From positions 14,431-78,430 of the forward strand of contig LBWX01000004.1 of the NCBI GenBank assembly GCA_000995065.1: a stretch of 64,000 nt of DNA. Direction: 5' to 3'. The DNA is from a candidate division CPR2 bacterium GW2011_GWC2_39_35. Lineage in GTDB: Bacteria > Patescibacteriota > CPR2. Below the pieces are notes generated by a model. That model was not told the origin of the DNA and ran no database searches. It saw nothing but the letters and a program-made list of their open reading frames with translations. Below, piece by piece: positions 1 to 9,134 of this stretch; positions within the stretch are counted from its first letter, which is position 1; each line of letters begins with the position of its first letter. A program made the position numbers and the translations under genes.

Positions 1-46
1 ATTTTTAAAGAGAGAAAAAAAAGAGAAAGAAAAAAGCCCGCTTAAA

Positions 47-748
47 ATGGAATCCAAAGGTGGCATGCCTTTTATTAAAACAGCGATCTTATTTCTATTA
101 CTTTTCGCTGGCGGCATAACCTACCAAATCTCTAACGCTGATAAAACTAGAGAAACGTATATCGCGCAGGTTAAAGGCATTCATACACAAAACGAAGAGG
201 CAGAAAAAACGGGCGTAAATCCCTTTAAAAAAGAAGATCCGGAGAAACGGTATGTAGAGGCCTTTACCAAGCTTCCTTTCGATAAAACATTATGGCAAGT
301 TTACGAAGACAGAGGTCGTGGCTTTAAAGTCAACTACCCTAAGAACACTAGCTTTAAATTAAACTCCAATGAGAATAATATCGTCTGGTTTTTAAGATAT
401 AACGGCTATCTACTCAGTGTCGAAGTGGTTCCTACAGAACTAAGCATGGAAGATTATTGGAATTCTCTAAAATCCAATATCGATTACAAAAAAGAGCCCA
501 CAGTCCTTAAAAATAATCCTGCCCTACATTTAAAACTCAACGAACGAATGGACGTTAAGGGCAATTACTACCTGATTAAAAAAGGGAGCTCTATTTATAA
601 AATCTGGTATAAAACCTTTATCCCTGGCGAAGATCCAGATGACGAGAAAAGAGTTAAGGACATGCTCGAATCTTTAGAAATAACAGGCTCTCCTGAAGAC
701 AATCAAAAAACAGATGCTACTCAAGCTAAGAAAAAAACTTTGCGCTAA
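47..748 (+). CDS. hypothetical secreted/membrane-anchored protein
   Basis: 233-aa ORF; hydrophobic N-terminal segment (signal peptide or anchor); no recognisable motifs. Confidence 0.45.
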   Translation: MESKGGMPFIKTAILFLLLFAGGITYQISNADKTRETYIAQVKGIHTQNEEAEKTGVNPFKKEDPEKRYVEAFTKLPFDKTLWQVYEDRGRGFKVNYPKNTSFKLNSNENNIVWFLRYNGYLLSVEVVPTELSMEDYWNSLKSNIDYKKEPTVLKNNPALHLKLNERMDVKGNYYLIKKGSSIYKIWYKTFIPGEDPDDEKRVKDMLESLEITGSPEDNQKTDATQAKKKTLR

Positions 749-762
749 AATTTATTTAAATT

Positions 763-1980
763 ATGCTAAACATTTCAAAAGTCATAATTCGCTATCCAAT
801 CGAATCACTGCTCGGACTTTCCTTAATTCCCCTACTAGTCATTAGCAGCGATGCCGCTACCTCAAATCTACTTTTAATACCTGCTTTTTTTTCGGTTAGA
901 TTGATTTCCGTCTTATATAAAAATAAAAGCGATATACCCCCATTAATTAGTATAGTTGTCTTATGTGCCTTAGCCTATTACTTCACGCTAAAATTACACT
1001 GGGTTTGGCCCATTTCTCTCATGCTTTTTTTTGGTATTTTTATTTATCTTAAAAAAAAATTTAGTCCAATTCTAATGAAGGAAAAAAAGGCTTTAAAAAT
1101 AATTTATCTATCTATTATCTCGTTAACAATTTTTTTGCCGGCTGTTCTCCAGCTTTACCAGAAAACTAACCAAACAAAAGAATTTAACCTACTAGAAAAG
1201 AAATTAGATGAGGAAATGTCAACACTTCAAGAAAAGCAGAAAACATCGCTTAACATGGTAAGGCAATTATCTGAAGACGAATATATAAAGTCTAACTTAA
1301 ATAACAAAAGTGCAGCTGAACTTGCCGCCGTTTTAAGATCCAAGATGCTTGCAAGCAACCTATCATACCTTGTTCTCACCGATCACATTGGGAACGTTAA
1401 GATCAGAGCCCATAAACCAGGAGTTGCGGGAGATAACATTTTCGAAAGCTTCCCGGAAACAAAATCAGTATTTGAGGGCAGAACATATGAGGGTATCGAA
1501 GAAGGCCTAGAATCCCCCTTGATTATTATCGCTGGCGCCCCAATTTATAACGAAGATAAAATAAACGGAGCAATTTTTACCGGATACTTGCTTAATGACG
1601 ATTTTGCCAGAAAAGAATCCGTGGCTCTACAAGAAAGCATTGCATTTTATTCGAACCAGAAGCTATATGGATATTCTTCCTCAAACCCAGGCATCAGCTC
1701 CGTATTTATCTCCTCTAATATCCGAGGTTATTTAGATACTAATTCTAAAGACGTTATTAAAAAAGAAGCGATACTTGAAAATAAAAATTATTTATTTGCA
1801 GCAAAGACCATAAAAAACAACCGTCAAATAACGATTGGAAAAGTCGTTATCATAAGTGAAAATTCCGAAACTAAAATTTTTGCAAAAGATGTCTCCACCT
1901 TCGTGGGAATTCTGGTTGCGACAATTATTATTTGGTTTATCAGTAAAAACAAGATCATCTTAAAAAGGAAGAGCAGTTGA
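763..1980 (+). CDS. hypothetical polytopic membrane protein with coiled-coil/extracytoplasmic region and C-terminal TM
   Basis: 405-aa ORF; several N-terminal hydrophobic helices and a terminal TM segment; 4-nt overlap with next ORF suggests an operon. Confidence 0.45.
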   Translation: MLNISKVIIRYPIESLLGLSLIPLLVISSDAATSNLLLIPAFFSVRLISVLYKNKSDIPPLISIVVLCALAYYFTLKLHWVWPISLMLFFGIFIYLKKKFSPILMKEKKALKIIYLSIISLTIFLPAVLQLYQKTNQTKEFNLLEKKLDEEMSTLQEKQKTSLNMVRQLSEDEYIKSNLNNKSAAELAAVLRSKMLASNLSYLVLTDHIGNVKIRAHKPGVAGDNIFESFPETKSVFEGRTYEGIEEGLESPLIIIAGAPIYNEDKINGAIFTGYLLNDDFARKESVALQESIAFYSNQKLYGYSSSNPGISSVFISSNIRGYLDTNSKDVIKKEAILENKNYLFAAKTIKNNRQITIGKVVIISENSETKIFAKDVSTFVGILVATIIIWFISKNKIILKRKSS

Positions 1981-3113
1981 AAAAAATCACCTTTTTACTC
2001 AAAAATTATAGGTTTTCTTTAAAAATTTCAACCCTAGAATTAGCTTTTTATATCGCTATCATCATTAGCGCATTTTTTTTCTCAAATCAATTTTTAAACA
2101 GAGCAAAATATCCCACAAGCAATACAGCTATTAAGCTCCAAATGGAAAATAAAAAACAAGCCACCTCTAATTTATCGTTAATTATGGCAAGAGGCAGTTT
2201 TAATATTAACGAAGAAATACCAGTCAAAATCCATATAACCGCCACCGATGGATCAAATATGGCTCAAATAAATCTTAATTACCTCCCTGGAAACATTTCA
2301 TTTACCAGGATGGACAGAACCAACTCCGTTTGCAGTGATTTAAGAAATATAATTAGCAACAGCGAAAGCGGAACGGTAAGTTTTGAATGTCGCCTGGGAA
2401 GCCAAGAAAAAAAGAAAACTTCCGGCTTAGTAGCAACGGCACAATTTATTGCCAAAGGGTCTGGAAATAATATCTTTACCTTTAACGACAAAGACACCTA
2501 TGTAATATCAGCACAAAACCAAAGAACGAATCTTTCTTACGAAACACCTCTGGGCAATTACATTTATATTTTTTCGGATTCTGGCAAGGAGCCGCTGCTC
2601 CCCCCAAAGACCCCCGTGTCCTCTCTAACACATCCCAATCAAGCAACTTGGTATAAAGATCCAAATATAACGTTTGAATGGCTTAGAAGTGATGATATAA
2701 AAGAATTTGAGTACTGCTACAATCAGAACAGGCTTAATTGTGAAGCTTGGAAAAAAACAACCGATAGTTCCGTGGCAATCCAGAGCCAAGATGGCAATTG
2801 GTATTTCCATGTTCAAGCCGTGAGCGATAAAGGAAAAGGACCCTTAAACACCTTTAAGATTAATATCGACCAAACTCCCCCCGAAGAGATTAAGCCAATC
2901 ATTGAGTCAAAGAATATAAAATTCAACCGCGAAGATAATGAGTCCGGAATTAAAACCGCAAATATCGTCATCGACGGTCAAAAATTTGAAAACATTGATG
3001 ACTCCTTTATAATTCCGGAGCTTAAAGCCAAAAATCATCATGTAACCATAGAAATAATCGATAACGCCGGCAATATTCAAAAGAAAACATTTACTTTAAC
3101 GGCTAATAAATAG
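1977..3113 (+). CDS. membrane-anchored protein with FN3-like beta-sandwich domain
   Basis: 378-aa ORF; N-terminal TM helix; W/Y-rich beta-strand pattern (ATWYKDPNITFEW...NWYFHVQAVSDKGKGP) typical of fibronectin-III-like domains. Confidence 0.4.
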   Translation: MKKITFLLKNYRFSLKISTLELAFYIAIIISAFFFSNQFLNRAKYPTSNTAIKLQMENKKQATSNLSLIMARGSFNINEEIPVKIHITATDGSNMAQINLNYLPGNISFTRMDRTNSVCSDLRNIISNSESGTVSFECRLGSQEKKKTSGLVATAQFIAKGSGNNIFTFNDKDTYVISAQNQRTNLSYETPLGNYIYIFSDSGKEPLLPPKTPVSSLTHPNQATWYKDPNITFEWLRSDDIKEFEYCYNQNRLNCEAWKKTTDSSVAIQSQDGNWYFHVQAVSDKGKGPLNTFKINIDQTPPEEIKPIIESKNIKFNREDNESGIKTANIVIDGQKFENIDDSFIIPELKAKNHHVTIEIIDNAGNIQKKTFTLTANK

Positions 3114-4563
3114 ACTTCTCTTTAGATTCTTCCTTCTCTTCCAATTTCCGGCTTACAAACCTATCGACTGAGTCATCTATCCTCGTATTTAGGCTTCTAA
3201 TAAGAAAAATCCACCCTTGCGGCAAGAAATATTTTTTAAATTGCAGCGCTTTTTTCTTAAATCTCTCGAGATCTTTATAATAGAAAAAACCTAAAGCCGC
3301 TAAAACCATAGCTCCAAAAAGAAATATCGATAAATAACTGCCACCCTTTTTAGATACTGAATCTTGGCTCAATTCTTTAATTGATTCCACGCCTTTAACT
3401 TTCCCATTCTCACTATTTTTATCACCAGTATTTACTATGGATGGCGTTGGCGTGACTAACGACACGGGAAAAGCAGATTGATTAGAAATTATTTTCTCGA
3501 TCGCACTAGGAGGGTTTTGTCCGCCGCCCACATTTTCACCTATATAAAATCCCTCATTTCTATAAAAGCCTGGATTTGTTGCCAAAGTTTCAAAATTAAA
3601 ATCGCCGGAATAAGAAACTCCGAAACTTTCCAAGGCCTTTATTCTAAAATGGTATTTATTCTTTCCAAAAACAAGATTTTTAATTGTAATAAGATGATTA
3701 TTCCCCATTCCCGAGACTGTTGCCGAGTTTTCGTAATTCTCGGATACTCCATATTCTACAGTAGTATCAGTCGGTCTAGATGTTTTCCACCTAATTTCAG
3801 CTGAATTTGAAAGGAGATTGATGCTTACATCCAAAATGCTTAGAGTTTCGATTTTAAAATCGCTTGACGATTGGTTTCCGGAAGAATCCCAAGCAAAGAG
3901 CTTTACATCATAAACTTTGTTAATTATTAGATCAGACAAAGAGCCTTCATGCCTAGTCTTATAATTACTATCATGTTTTTTGCTTAACGTACTTCCCGGG
4001 TAGCCATATTGAAGCTCATACCTTACCTGTTCGTCAGCTTCCCATGAAACTAAGGCATTAACTGTTGGTGCCTCAGACTTAGACGTAAATTTTAAATTTG
4101 GCAAGACGGTATCAGCACCCGTTGTAAAAGACCAAGAATAACCTTCTTCGAGTAAATAGTGCGGTTCTAATGCGTGAAGACCCATAATTCCAGAATATCC
4201 GCCATTTATCCTAACCGTATAATTGGTAAAAGGCTTTAACTGGCAGTTATTAAAGCTTGTAGCTTCCCTTGCTATCTCAAAACTGAAGCCAGAGCTATAA
4301 GTCCTAAAATATTTTATAAATACTGAGTCGCTAGGAGACGTAATGCTTACATTAGCCTTTAAAGTATTTTCATCGATAACTACGCCTGAGTTCGAAAAAG
4401 AAACACTGATCCCATTTACCAAATTAACAGGAACGCTTGTGGAATTAACCGAAGGAGAAACGCTGGTGATTTGTAGCTCACCATCAGCCAAAACACTGCT
4501 TGGTAATAGAAACAAAGCAATGAGTGAGAATAATCCTATTCTAATAAGTTGGCGTAATAGCAT
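3103..4563 (-). CDS. type-I membrane protein with two FN3-like repeats and cytoplasmic charged tail
   Basis: 486 aa; N-terminal signal peptide; two repeats of the pattern W..T/S...T.V.YG......H...I..L.....Y.FR......G.....F.T; C-terminal TM helix followed by KK/EE-rich tail. Confidence 0.5.
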   Translation of the reverse strand: MLLRQLIRIGLFSLIALFLLPSSVLADGELQITSVSPSVNSTSVPVNLVNGISVSFSNSGVVIDENTLKANVSITSPSDSVFIKYFRTYSSGFSFEIAREATSFNNCQLKPFTNYTVRINGGYSGIMGLHALEPHYLLEEGYSWSFTTGADTVLPNLKFTSKSEAPTVNALVSWEADEQVRYELQYGYPGSTLSKKHDSNYKTRHEGSLSDLIINKVYDVKLFAWDSSGNQSSSDFKIETLSILDVSINLLSNSAEIRWKTSRPTDTTVEYGVSENYENSATVSGMGNNHLITIKNLVFGKNKYHFRIKALESFGVSYSGDFNFETLATNPGFYRNEGFYIGENVGGGQNPPSAIEKIISNQSAFPVSLVTPTPSIVNTGDKNSENGKVKGVESIKELSQDSVSKKGGSYLSIFLFGAMVLAALGFFYYKDLERFKKKALQFKKYFLPQGWIFLIRSLNTRIDDSVDRFVSRKLEEKEESKEKSIY

Positions 4564-6499
4564 AAATTAATGTCCCCACGTATTGGTCGCTTGGTTGATT
4601 TTGATTTACTTCTATAGCATACGTGACATATGCATCGGAGCCAAGATCTTTAGAATCCTTATACATAACCGGATGTGCTGTCGTGCTAACCGGCCCAAAT
4701 TTTGCCGAGGCACTGGACCAGCCTGCAACCCTGGTATCATTTGTATTAGCGCCTAACCAACCAGAATCTGAGTTTGTGGACCCGGTTGGACTACTCCAAG
4801 TAGTCGGCGTATCCCAGCTCCCCGTAAAAGGGTCTATCTTATTAGCCGGATATTGTCCCTGCATATAAGCCTGCATTTTTATATTAACCGTATAGCCATT
4901 GGCGGCCGTAGTTTCTACATGAAGCTTTTGGGCGGCATACTCGGGTGATCCGATTTCTAGCTTTCCAAAGGGAACTAAATTATAATCAGTACTTGCCGTA
5001 GTTGTAACGCCATTGGTACTGGTTCCCGATGTTACCCCTTCGACCTTAAAAGTGAGTGATGCCGTATCTTGAATATCATATGACACCGTACCCATATCCA
5101 CCAAGGTCGAGCCTGCATCGCTATAAGTTTTGATGGTAATATTGCAAGTATCATACATAAACCCGGCAATAGTGCAGTCCTCTATTTCAGGATTAATAAC
5201 CCCATTAAGAGGAATGGTAATACTATCACCCAAATTTTTACTTTCACCACCGCCCGAAATTTTTACTAAACCGCTACCAGCACTACTTGTGCTATAAGTC
5301 CAACTACCGTTTGTTAGGCCCGTCATAGTGCCTAACGTCGAGGAGCTAAGGTTTAGATTTGTCGGCTTAGTAGCATCCCCTGCCGCTTTCTCAAACTGAA
5401 AGTCTATTTGCTTAATCGTCGCCGTTGTTCCTAAGGTAAATTGAATAGTATGAGTCGAGGCAGTTCTCGGAGTTATAACAGAAAGCGTATCAGACATACT
5501 GGTTAAGGGATTATAAGGCGTTAAAGTAGCTTTATAGATGTCTTTGTGAGTGTTTCTGGCATCTTGCCAAACCGCGGTTCCGTTATAAATAGCCGGAATC
5601 TTTTGGTCTTGGGAACCGGTAACCACGATAGTCTCTAGTGACTTAGAAATCTGATAAGCATATACATCGGAATTTCCGGAACGAACATCCTCATAAACTA
5701 TGATATCACTGTAAATTCTTGGATACCTAGGATCAGCGCTTCCAGAGGTAATCTGACTGTTTGAACTTTGAGTTAGGTCATATTTGTGAACACTATAATT
5801 ACCGGTAGCAGGTGCTTTTTGGTAAACAAGCTGATCACTGTAAATATGAGGGTAATTTTCATTTGCAGAGTTATTTGTTATTTGAGTTTCACTGCTTCCG
5901 GCTAAGTTATTCGTGAAAACATCATCATTTCCGTTCCTATTATCATAATAAGCAATTTTTTGATCATAAATGACCGGATTTTTTTGGTTTGAAGAGTCAG
6001 TTGATATCTGAGTTTCTTGGCTGGCCTGTAAATCATACATATAGATATCATCGTTTCCATTTCGATTATCCACATACACAATTTTTTGTCCATAAATAGC
6101 CGGATATGTTTGGTCTGACAGATTAGTAGTCACCTGAGTTTCGCTGCTGCCGGACAAATCATAAACGTAAATATGAGAATATGTACCGCCCCGATCACAT
6201 GAATATACGATCTTGTCCCCATCTATGTCGGGATTATATTCATTGGCGCTAGTATTGGTAATTCTCGTCTCAGAACTAGTACCAGTATTATACATGTAAA
6301 TTTCAGTATTTCCATTCCTAGTATCCTCATACACTATTTTCCCAGCAGAAATTCTTGGTTTTGTTTGATCTGAGGAATCTGTAGTTATTCTAGACTCCAC
6401 CACTAATAGGTTTGCCAACGAATAACCGAAATTACCAAATAAAAATACAAAAATAGCTAAATAGACGGTTATTTTTTTGGCAAACACACTTTTAACCAT
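4541..6499 (-). CDS. secreted TolB-like (PD40/WD40-like) beta-propeller repeat protein with conserved C-terminal domain
   Basis: 652 aa; signal peptide; seven to eight ~38-aa repeats 'NGN(D)D(I/V)YMYDL..S.ETQ(I/V)T...S.Q..P.IY..KIVY.D.RNGN'; last ~150 aa are homologous to the C-terminus of ORF 9135..10286. Confidence 0.55.
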   Translation of the reverse strand: MVKSVFAKKITVYLAIFVFLFGNFGYSLANLLVVESRITTDSSDQTKPRISAGKIVYEDTRNGNTEIYMYNTGTSSETRITNTSANEYNPDIDGDKIVYSCDRGGTYSHIYVYDLSGSSETQVTTNLSDQTYPAIYGQKIVYVDNRNGNDDIYMYDLQASQETQISTDSSNQKNPVIYDQKIAYYDNRNGNDDVFTNNLAGSSETQITNNSANENYPHIYSDQLVYQKAPATGNYSVHKYDLTQSSNSQITSGSADPRYPRIYSDIIVYEDVRSGNSDVYAYQISKSLETIVVTGSQDQKIPAIYNGTAVWQDARNTHKDIYKATLTPYNPLTSMSDTLSVITPRTASTHTIQFTLGTTATIKQIDFQFEKAAGDATKPTNLNLSSSTLGTMTGLTNGSWTYSTSSAGSGLVKISGGGESKNLGDSITIPLNGVINPEIEDCTIAGFMYDTCNITIKTYSDAGSTLVDMGTVSYDIQDTASLTFKVEGVTSGTSTNGVTTTASTDYNLVPFGKLEIGSPEYAAQKLHVETTAANGYTVNIKMQAYMQGQYPANKIDPFTGSWDTPTTWSSPTGSTNSDSGWLGANTNDTRVAGWSSASAKFGPVSTTAHPVMYKDSKDLGSDAYVTYAIEVNQNQPSDQYVGTLIYAITPTY

Positions 6500-6592
6500 T
6501 ACTTCTATCTTAACCTAAATAAGTTAATTTACCAATCAGAAATACGAGGATTACTAAGTGTTGAGATGGATTTGAAGTATAATATGAATTAC

Positions 6593-6714
6593 GAATGTCA
6601 AATGTCAAAATCCAAATGCCAAATCAAATCCTAAATCCAAATGTTAAAAAATATCATTTAGTCATTAAGTCATTTGTCATTCATTTGACATTTGAAATTT
6701 GAGCTTTGACATTG
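6593..6714. repeat. long AT-rich inverted repeat of the 'CAAATGTCAAATGA' family, copy 1
   Basis: Left arm gaatgtcaaatgtcaaaatccaaatgccaaat... pairs with right arm ...agtcatttgtcattcatttgacatttgaaatttgagctttgacatt. Confidence 0.6.
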
Positions 6715-6727
6715 CATATACACGCTT

Positions 6728-7516
6728 CTAGTAGTTCCTATCAACCTCTCCATAAACCAGGGAGGAAATGTTTTTAATAGTACCCTCAACATTAGCCAGA
6801 TTTGGATTATTGCTTTTGGTCATCACGCACAGAAGATAAGGATTGTCCGGATGATACACTATCCCGCAATCGTGCAATTCACGCTTGGAAAGAATAGCCA
6901 TATCCCCGCCAACAGGCTGAACCTCAGTAAAAAGACCAAACTTATGTGCAACATCTACTCCTTGAGGAACCCCGGCTACCAACCCTTCCTTAAAATCTAC
7001 CTGGCTTAATAGATTAAGTGCTTTCTCGGAGAGTTCCCTTCTCAAATAAGTCGCGTTATAAAGCACTCTAAAGAAATACGAAAAATCACCGGCCGTCATA
7101 TAATCTTGGGTTGATCTATCGGTTGGAGGAGAGAGCTGTAAATCTTTAAATGCCGTATCTAAAACCTGGCGATCTATATTATGCATCAGAGTATTGGTAG
7201 AAATATTATCGGAATATTTTATCATTTTCTCTATCAATTCTTCTACCGTATATGTGTTACCGCTTTTTGCAAAATCTTTCGGCTTTATTTCTAGCTCTCC
7301 GTTGGTATCCGGTTCGGTTATTGTAATTTTCTTAGATAAAATTCCCGGATCAGACCTCGCCGCATTTAAGTAACCAATCATTATCGGAATTTTGTGCAAA
7401 CTGGCCGGAAAAAATTTCTCTTCCGGATTGATGTTTACTTGATTGCCCGACTTGATATCCCTAAAAAAAACAGAAGCCGTATTTACATTGCCAGACTCCA
7501 CCTCTTTATCTACCAA
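6728..7516 (-). CDS. class-A beta-lactamase / PBP-like serine hydrolase, paralog 1 (no signal peptide in this ORF)
   Basis: 262 aa; SxxK motif (PASLHK), SDN motif (YSDNIST), KxG motif (HKFG); about 55% identical to ORF 7917..8699; ORF as called starts at a TTG. Confidence 0.5.
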   Translation of the reverse strand: MVDKEVESGNVNTASVFFRDIKSGNQVNINPEEKFFPASLHKIPIMIGYLNAARSDPGILSKKITITEPDTNGELEIKPKDFAKSGNTYTVEELIEKMIKYSDNISTNTLMHNIDRQVLDTAFKDLQLSPPTDRSTQDYMTAGDFSYFFRVLYNATYLRRELSEKALNLLSQVDFKEGLVAGVPQGVDVAHKFGLFTEVQPVGGDMAILSKRELHDCGIVYHPDNPYLLCVMTKSNNPNLANVEGTIKNISSLVYGEVDRNY

Positions 7517-7533
7517 TTGTTTAATTTTATTTT

Positions 7534-7716
7534 CTAAAAGAGTGGGCTAATAAACTTATAACCATTTAAACGAAGGGCTTTTAGATTTGAAGAATTAGTA
7601 TCGTCTAACAAAATTCCCTTTATTACCCAACCACCAATAAACCCAACAATAAGAACTGCGAAAAATATTGGGAACGGAAATTTGATGGTTTGTCTTGTGC
7701 TTTTTGATGATTTCAT
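7534..7716 (-). CDS. small single-TM peptide immediately upstream of beta-lactamase-like paralog 1
   Basis: 60 aa: MKSSKSTRQTIKFPFPIFFAVLIVGFIGGWVIKG...; ends ...YKFISPLF* 17 nt before the downstream TTG; same arrangement recurs at paralog 2. Confidence 0.35.
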   Translation of the reverse strand: MKSSKSTRQTIKFPFPIFFAVLIVGFIGGWVIKGILLDDTNSSNLKALRLNGYKFISPLF

Positions 7717-7916
7717 AACGACTAATAAATTATATCATATTTAGTGGTGTAGTTCTCTCCAAAAATGTCAGGTTTTGATACCCGTCACTTTAAATTATTG
7801 CTCGACCTTGTGGAGAGCTACATTAATATACTTCTCCATTTCAGTCGAAGAATAAAAATCTGACATTTTGTTTTAACATTGCTATAGGTACAAACGACTG
7901 AAAGCAGTAAAAAGCC

Positions 7917-8699
7917 TTACGGTGAAACATTGGCCGCTCTTTCTACTTCCTTATAAACTTCCGAAGAAATGCTTTTAATAGTGCTCTCGATTATTGGGGT
8001 ATCAGATATACTTTTTGTCATTACACAAAGAAAATAAGGCTCTCTCGGATGATAAACAATGCCGCAATCATGCAACTCGTTGTACACGGAATTTGAGCGA
8101 TCAATATTGCCGCCAAGGCCGTATTTATGCGCCACCGGAACATCTTTAGGAACTCCGGCCACCAGACCTTCTTTATAATCAACTTCGCTTAAAATATTAA
8201 GAGCTCTTTCGGATAAGTCCCTTTTTAAATATGTAGCATTGTATAATACCCTAAAGAAATAGGAAAAATCGCTTGCTGAAATATAATCCGCAACTTCACT
8301 CGTAGGATAAGGAATCTTTAGGTCTTTAAATGTTTGATCTAATAGATTTTGATCTATGTTATAGGTAAGCGCATACGCAGCGTTATTATCGGAATGCTTA
8401 ATCATTTTTTCAATTAGCTCTTGGACAGAATATGTTCTGCCATTTTTGGCATAATCTTTTGGCTTAATGCCCTGAACCGAGTTAGTGTCTTCCTCAAAAG
8501 ACACCATTATCTTTTTGTCTAAAATTTTAGGGTCCGTTCTAGCTAGTTTAAAATAAGCAATCATTACCGGAATTTTATGCAAACTGGCCGGATAGAACTT
8601 CTCTTTAGGATTAATGTTTATTTGATTGCCCGACTTGATATCCCTAAAAAAAACAGAAGCCGTATTTACATTGCCAGACTCCACCTCTTTATCTACCAA
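7917..8699 (-). CDS. class-A beta-lactamase / PBP-like serine hydrolase, paralog 2
   Basis: 260 aa; SxxK (PASLHK), SDN (HSDNNAA), HKYG; the first 25 aa are identical to paralog 1. Confidence 0.5.
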   Translation of the reverse strand: MVDKEVESGNVNTASVFFRDIKSGNQININPKEKFYPASLHKIPVMIAYFKLARTDPKILDKKIMVSFEEDTNSVQGIKPKDYAKNGRTYSVQELIEKMIKHSDNNAAYALTYNIDQNLLDQTFKDLKIPYPTSEVADYISASDFSYFFRVLYNATYLKRDLSERALNILSEVDYKEGLVAGVPKDVPVAHKYGLGGNIDRSNSVYNELHDCGIVYHPREPYFLCVMTKSISDTPIIESTIKSISSEVYKEVERAANVSP

Positions 8700-8716
8700 T
8701 TGTTTAATTTTATTTT

Positions 8717-8890
8717 CTAAGGGCTAATAAACTTATACCCCCCAAGCCGAAGAGCTTTTAGGTTGGAAGAATTAGTATCAAAAATTGTCCCCTTAACCAA
8801 CAATCCGATTGCAAATCCGGCAATAAGGGTAAGAAAAAGTATTAAATATGGGAAATTAGATTTAAATGATTTACTCTTTGCTGATTTCAT
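8717..8890 (-). CDS. small single-TM peptide upstream of paralog 2 (57 aa, below the ORF-track cutoff)
   Basis: My manual translation of the minus strand: MKSAKSKSFKSNFPYLILFLTLIAGFAIGLLVKGTIFDTNSSNLKALRLGGYKFISP*; homologous to ORF 7534..7716, including the C-terminal ...NSSNLKALRL.GYKFISP. Confidence 0.35.
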   Translation of the reverse strand: MKSAKSKSFKSNFPYLILFLTLIAGFAIGLLVKGTIFDTNSSNLKALRLGGYKFISP

Positions 8891-8958
8891 AGCTGTTTTA
8901 TTTATTATAACATGACCTGCCAGATAAATTTAATATTATGATACGACTTTCACACTTT

Positions 8959-9046
8959 AGTCATTGCGAGCGACTGGAAGGAGCGCGGCAATCTCATCTT
9001 AAAACCGTATGAGATTGCTTCGTCACAAAGCCTCCTCGCAATGACA
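8959..9046. repeat. palindromic element of the 'GAGATTGCTTCGTC...CTCGCAATGAC' family
   Basis: gtcattgcgagcgactggaaggagcgcggcaatctcatc | gatgagattgcttcgtcacaaagcctcctcgcaatgac; related copies at 31799..31866 and 52003..52072. Confidence 0.45.
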
Positions 9047-9089
9047 GAGCGGATGAGTTTAAATGCGTAAGTCGTGTAAGGGTTAATTC

Positions 9090-9118
9090 AAAAAAGCCCC
9101 CTTTCGAGGGCTTTTTTG
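9090..9118. terminator. bidirectional rho-independent terminator
   Basis: aaaaaagccccctttcgagggcttttttga: GC stem flanked by A-run and T-run, directly after the stop of ORF 9135..10286. Confidence 0.6.
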
Positions 9119-9134
9119 AATATAGTACTTATTT

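Noticed and set aside
3478-3804. Plus-strand 108-aa ORF, one of many 60-120-aa ORFs lying antisense or out of frame inside well-supported genes (others include 2279..2816, 4343..4868, 9345..10231, 11523..11888, 14772..15050, 16109..16475, 17067..18046, 19541..20068, 23081..23311, 25203..25972, 26469..26759, 27476..28174, 32700..33044, 37264..37464, 41811..42104, 43149..43493, 45047..45343, 45366..45677, 48699..49151, 49889..50255, 52637..54236, 56165..59703, 61198..62654)
   Set aside because: They overlap strongly conserved genes (ribosomal, ATP synthase, RNAP, EF-G/Tu) on the other strand or frame. They have low-complexity or odd composition and no RBS, so they are typical shadow ORFs.
7517-7533. 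Interpreting the break between the small TM ORF and the beta-lactamase-like ORF as a simple sequencing frameshift
   Set aside because: The identical frame geometry recurs at the second paralog (8700-8716) despite a 6-nt indel between the copies. A random error is therefore unlikely, and I kept it as a finding rather than annotating a corrected fused gene.
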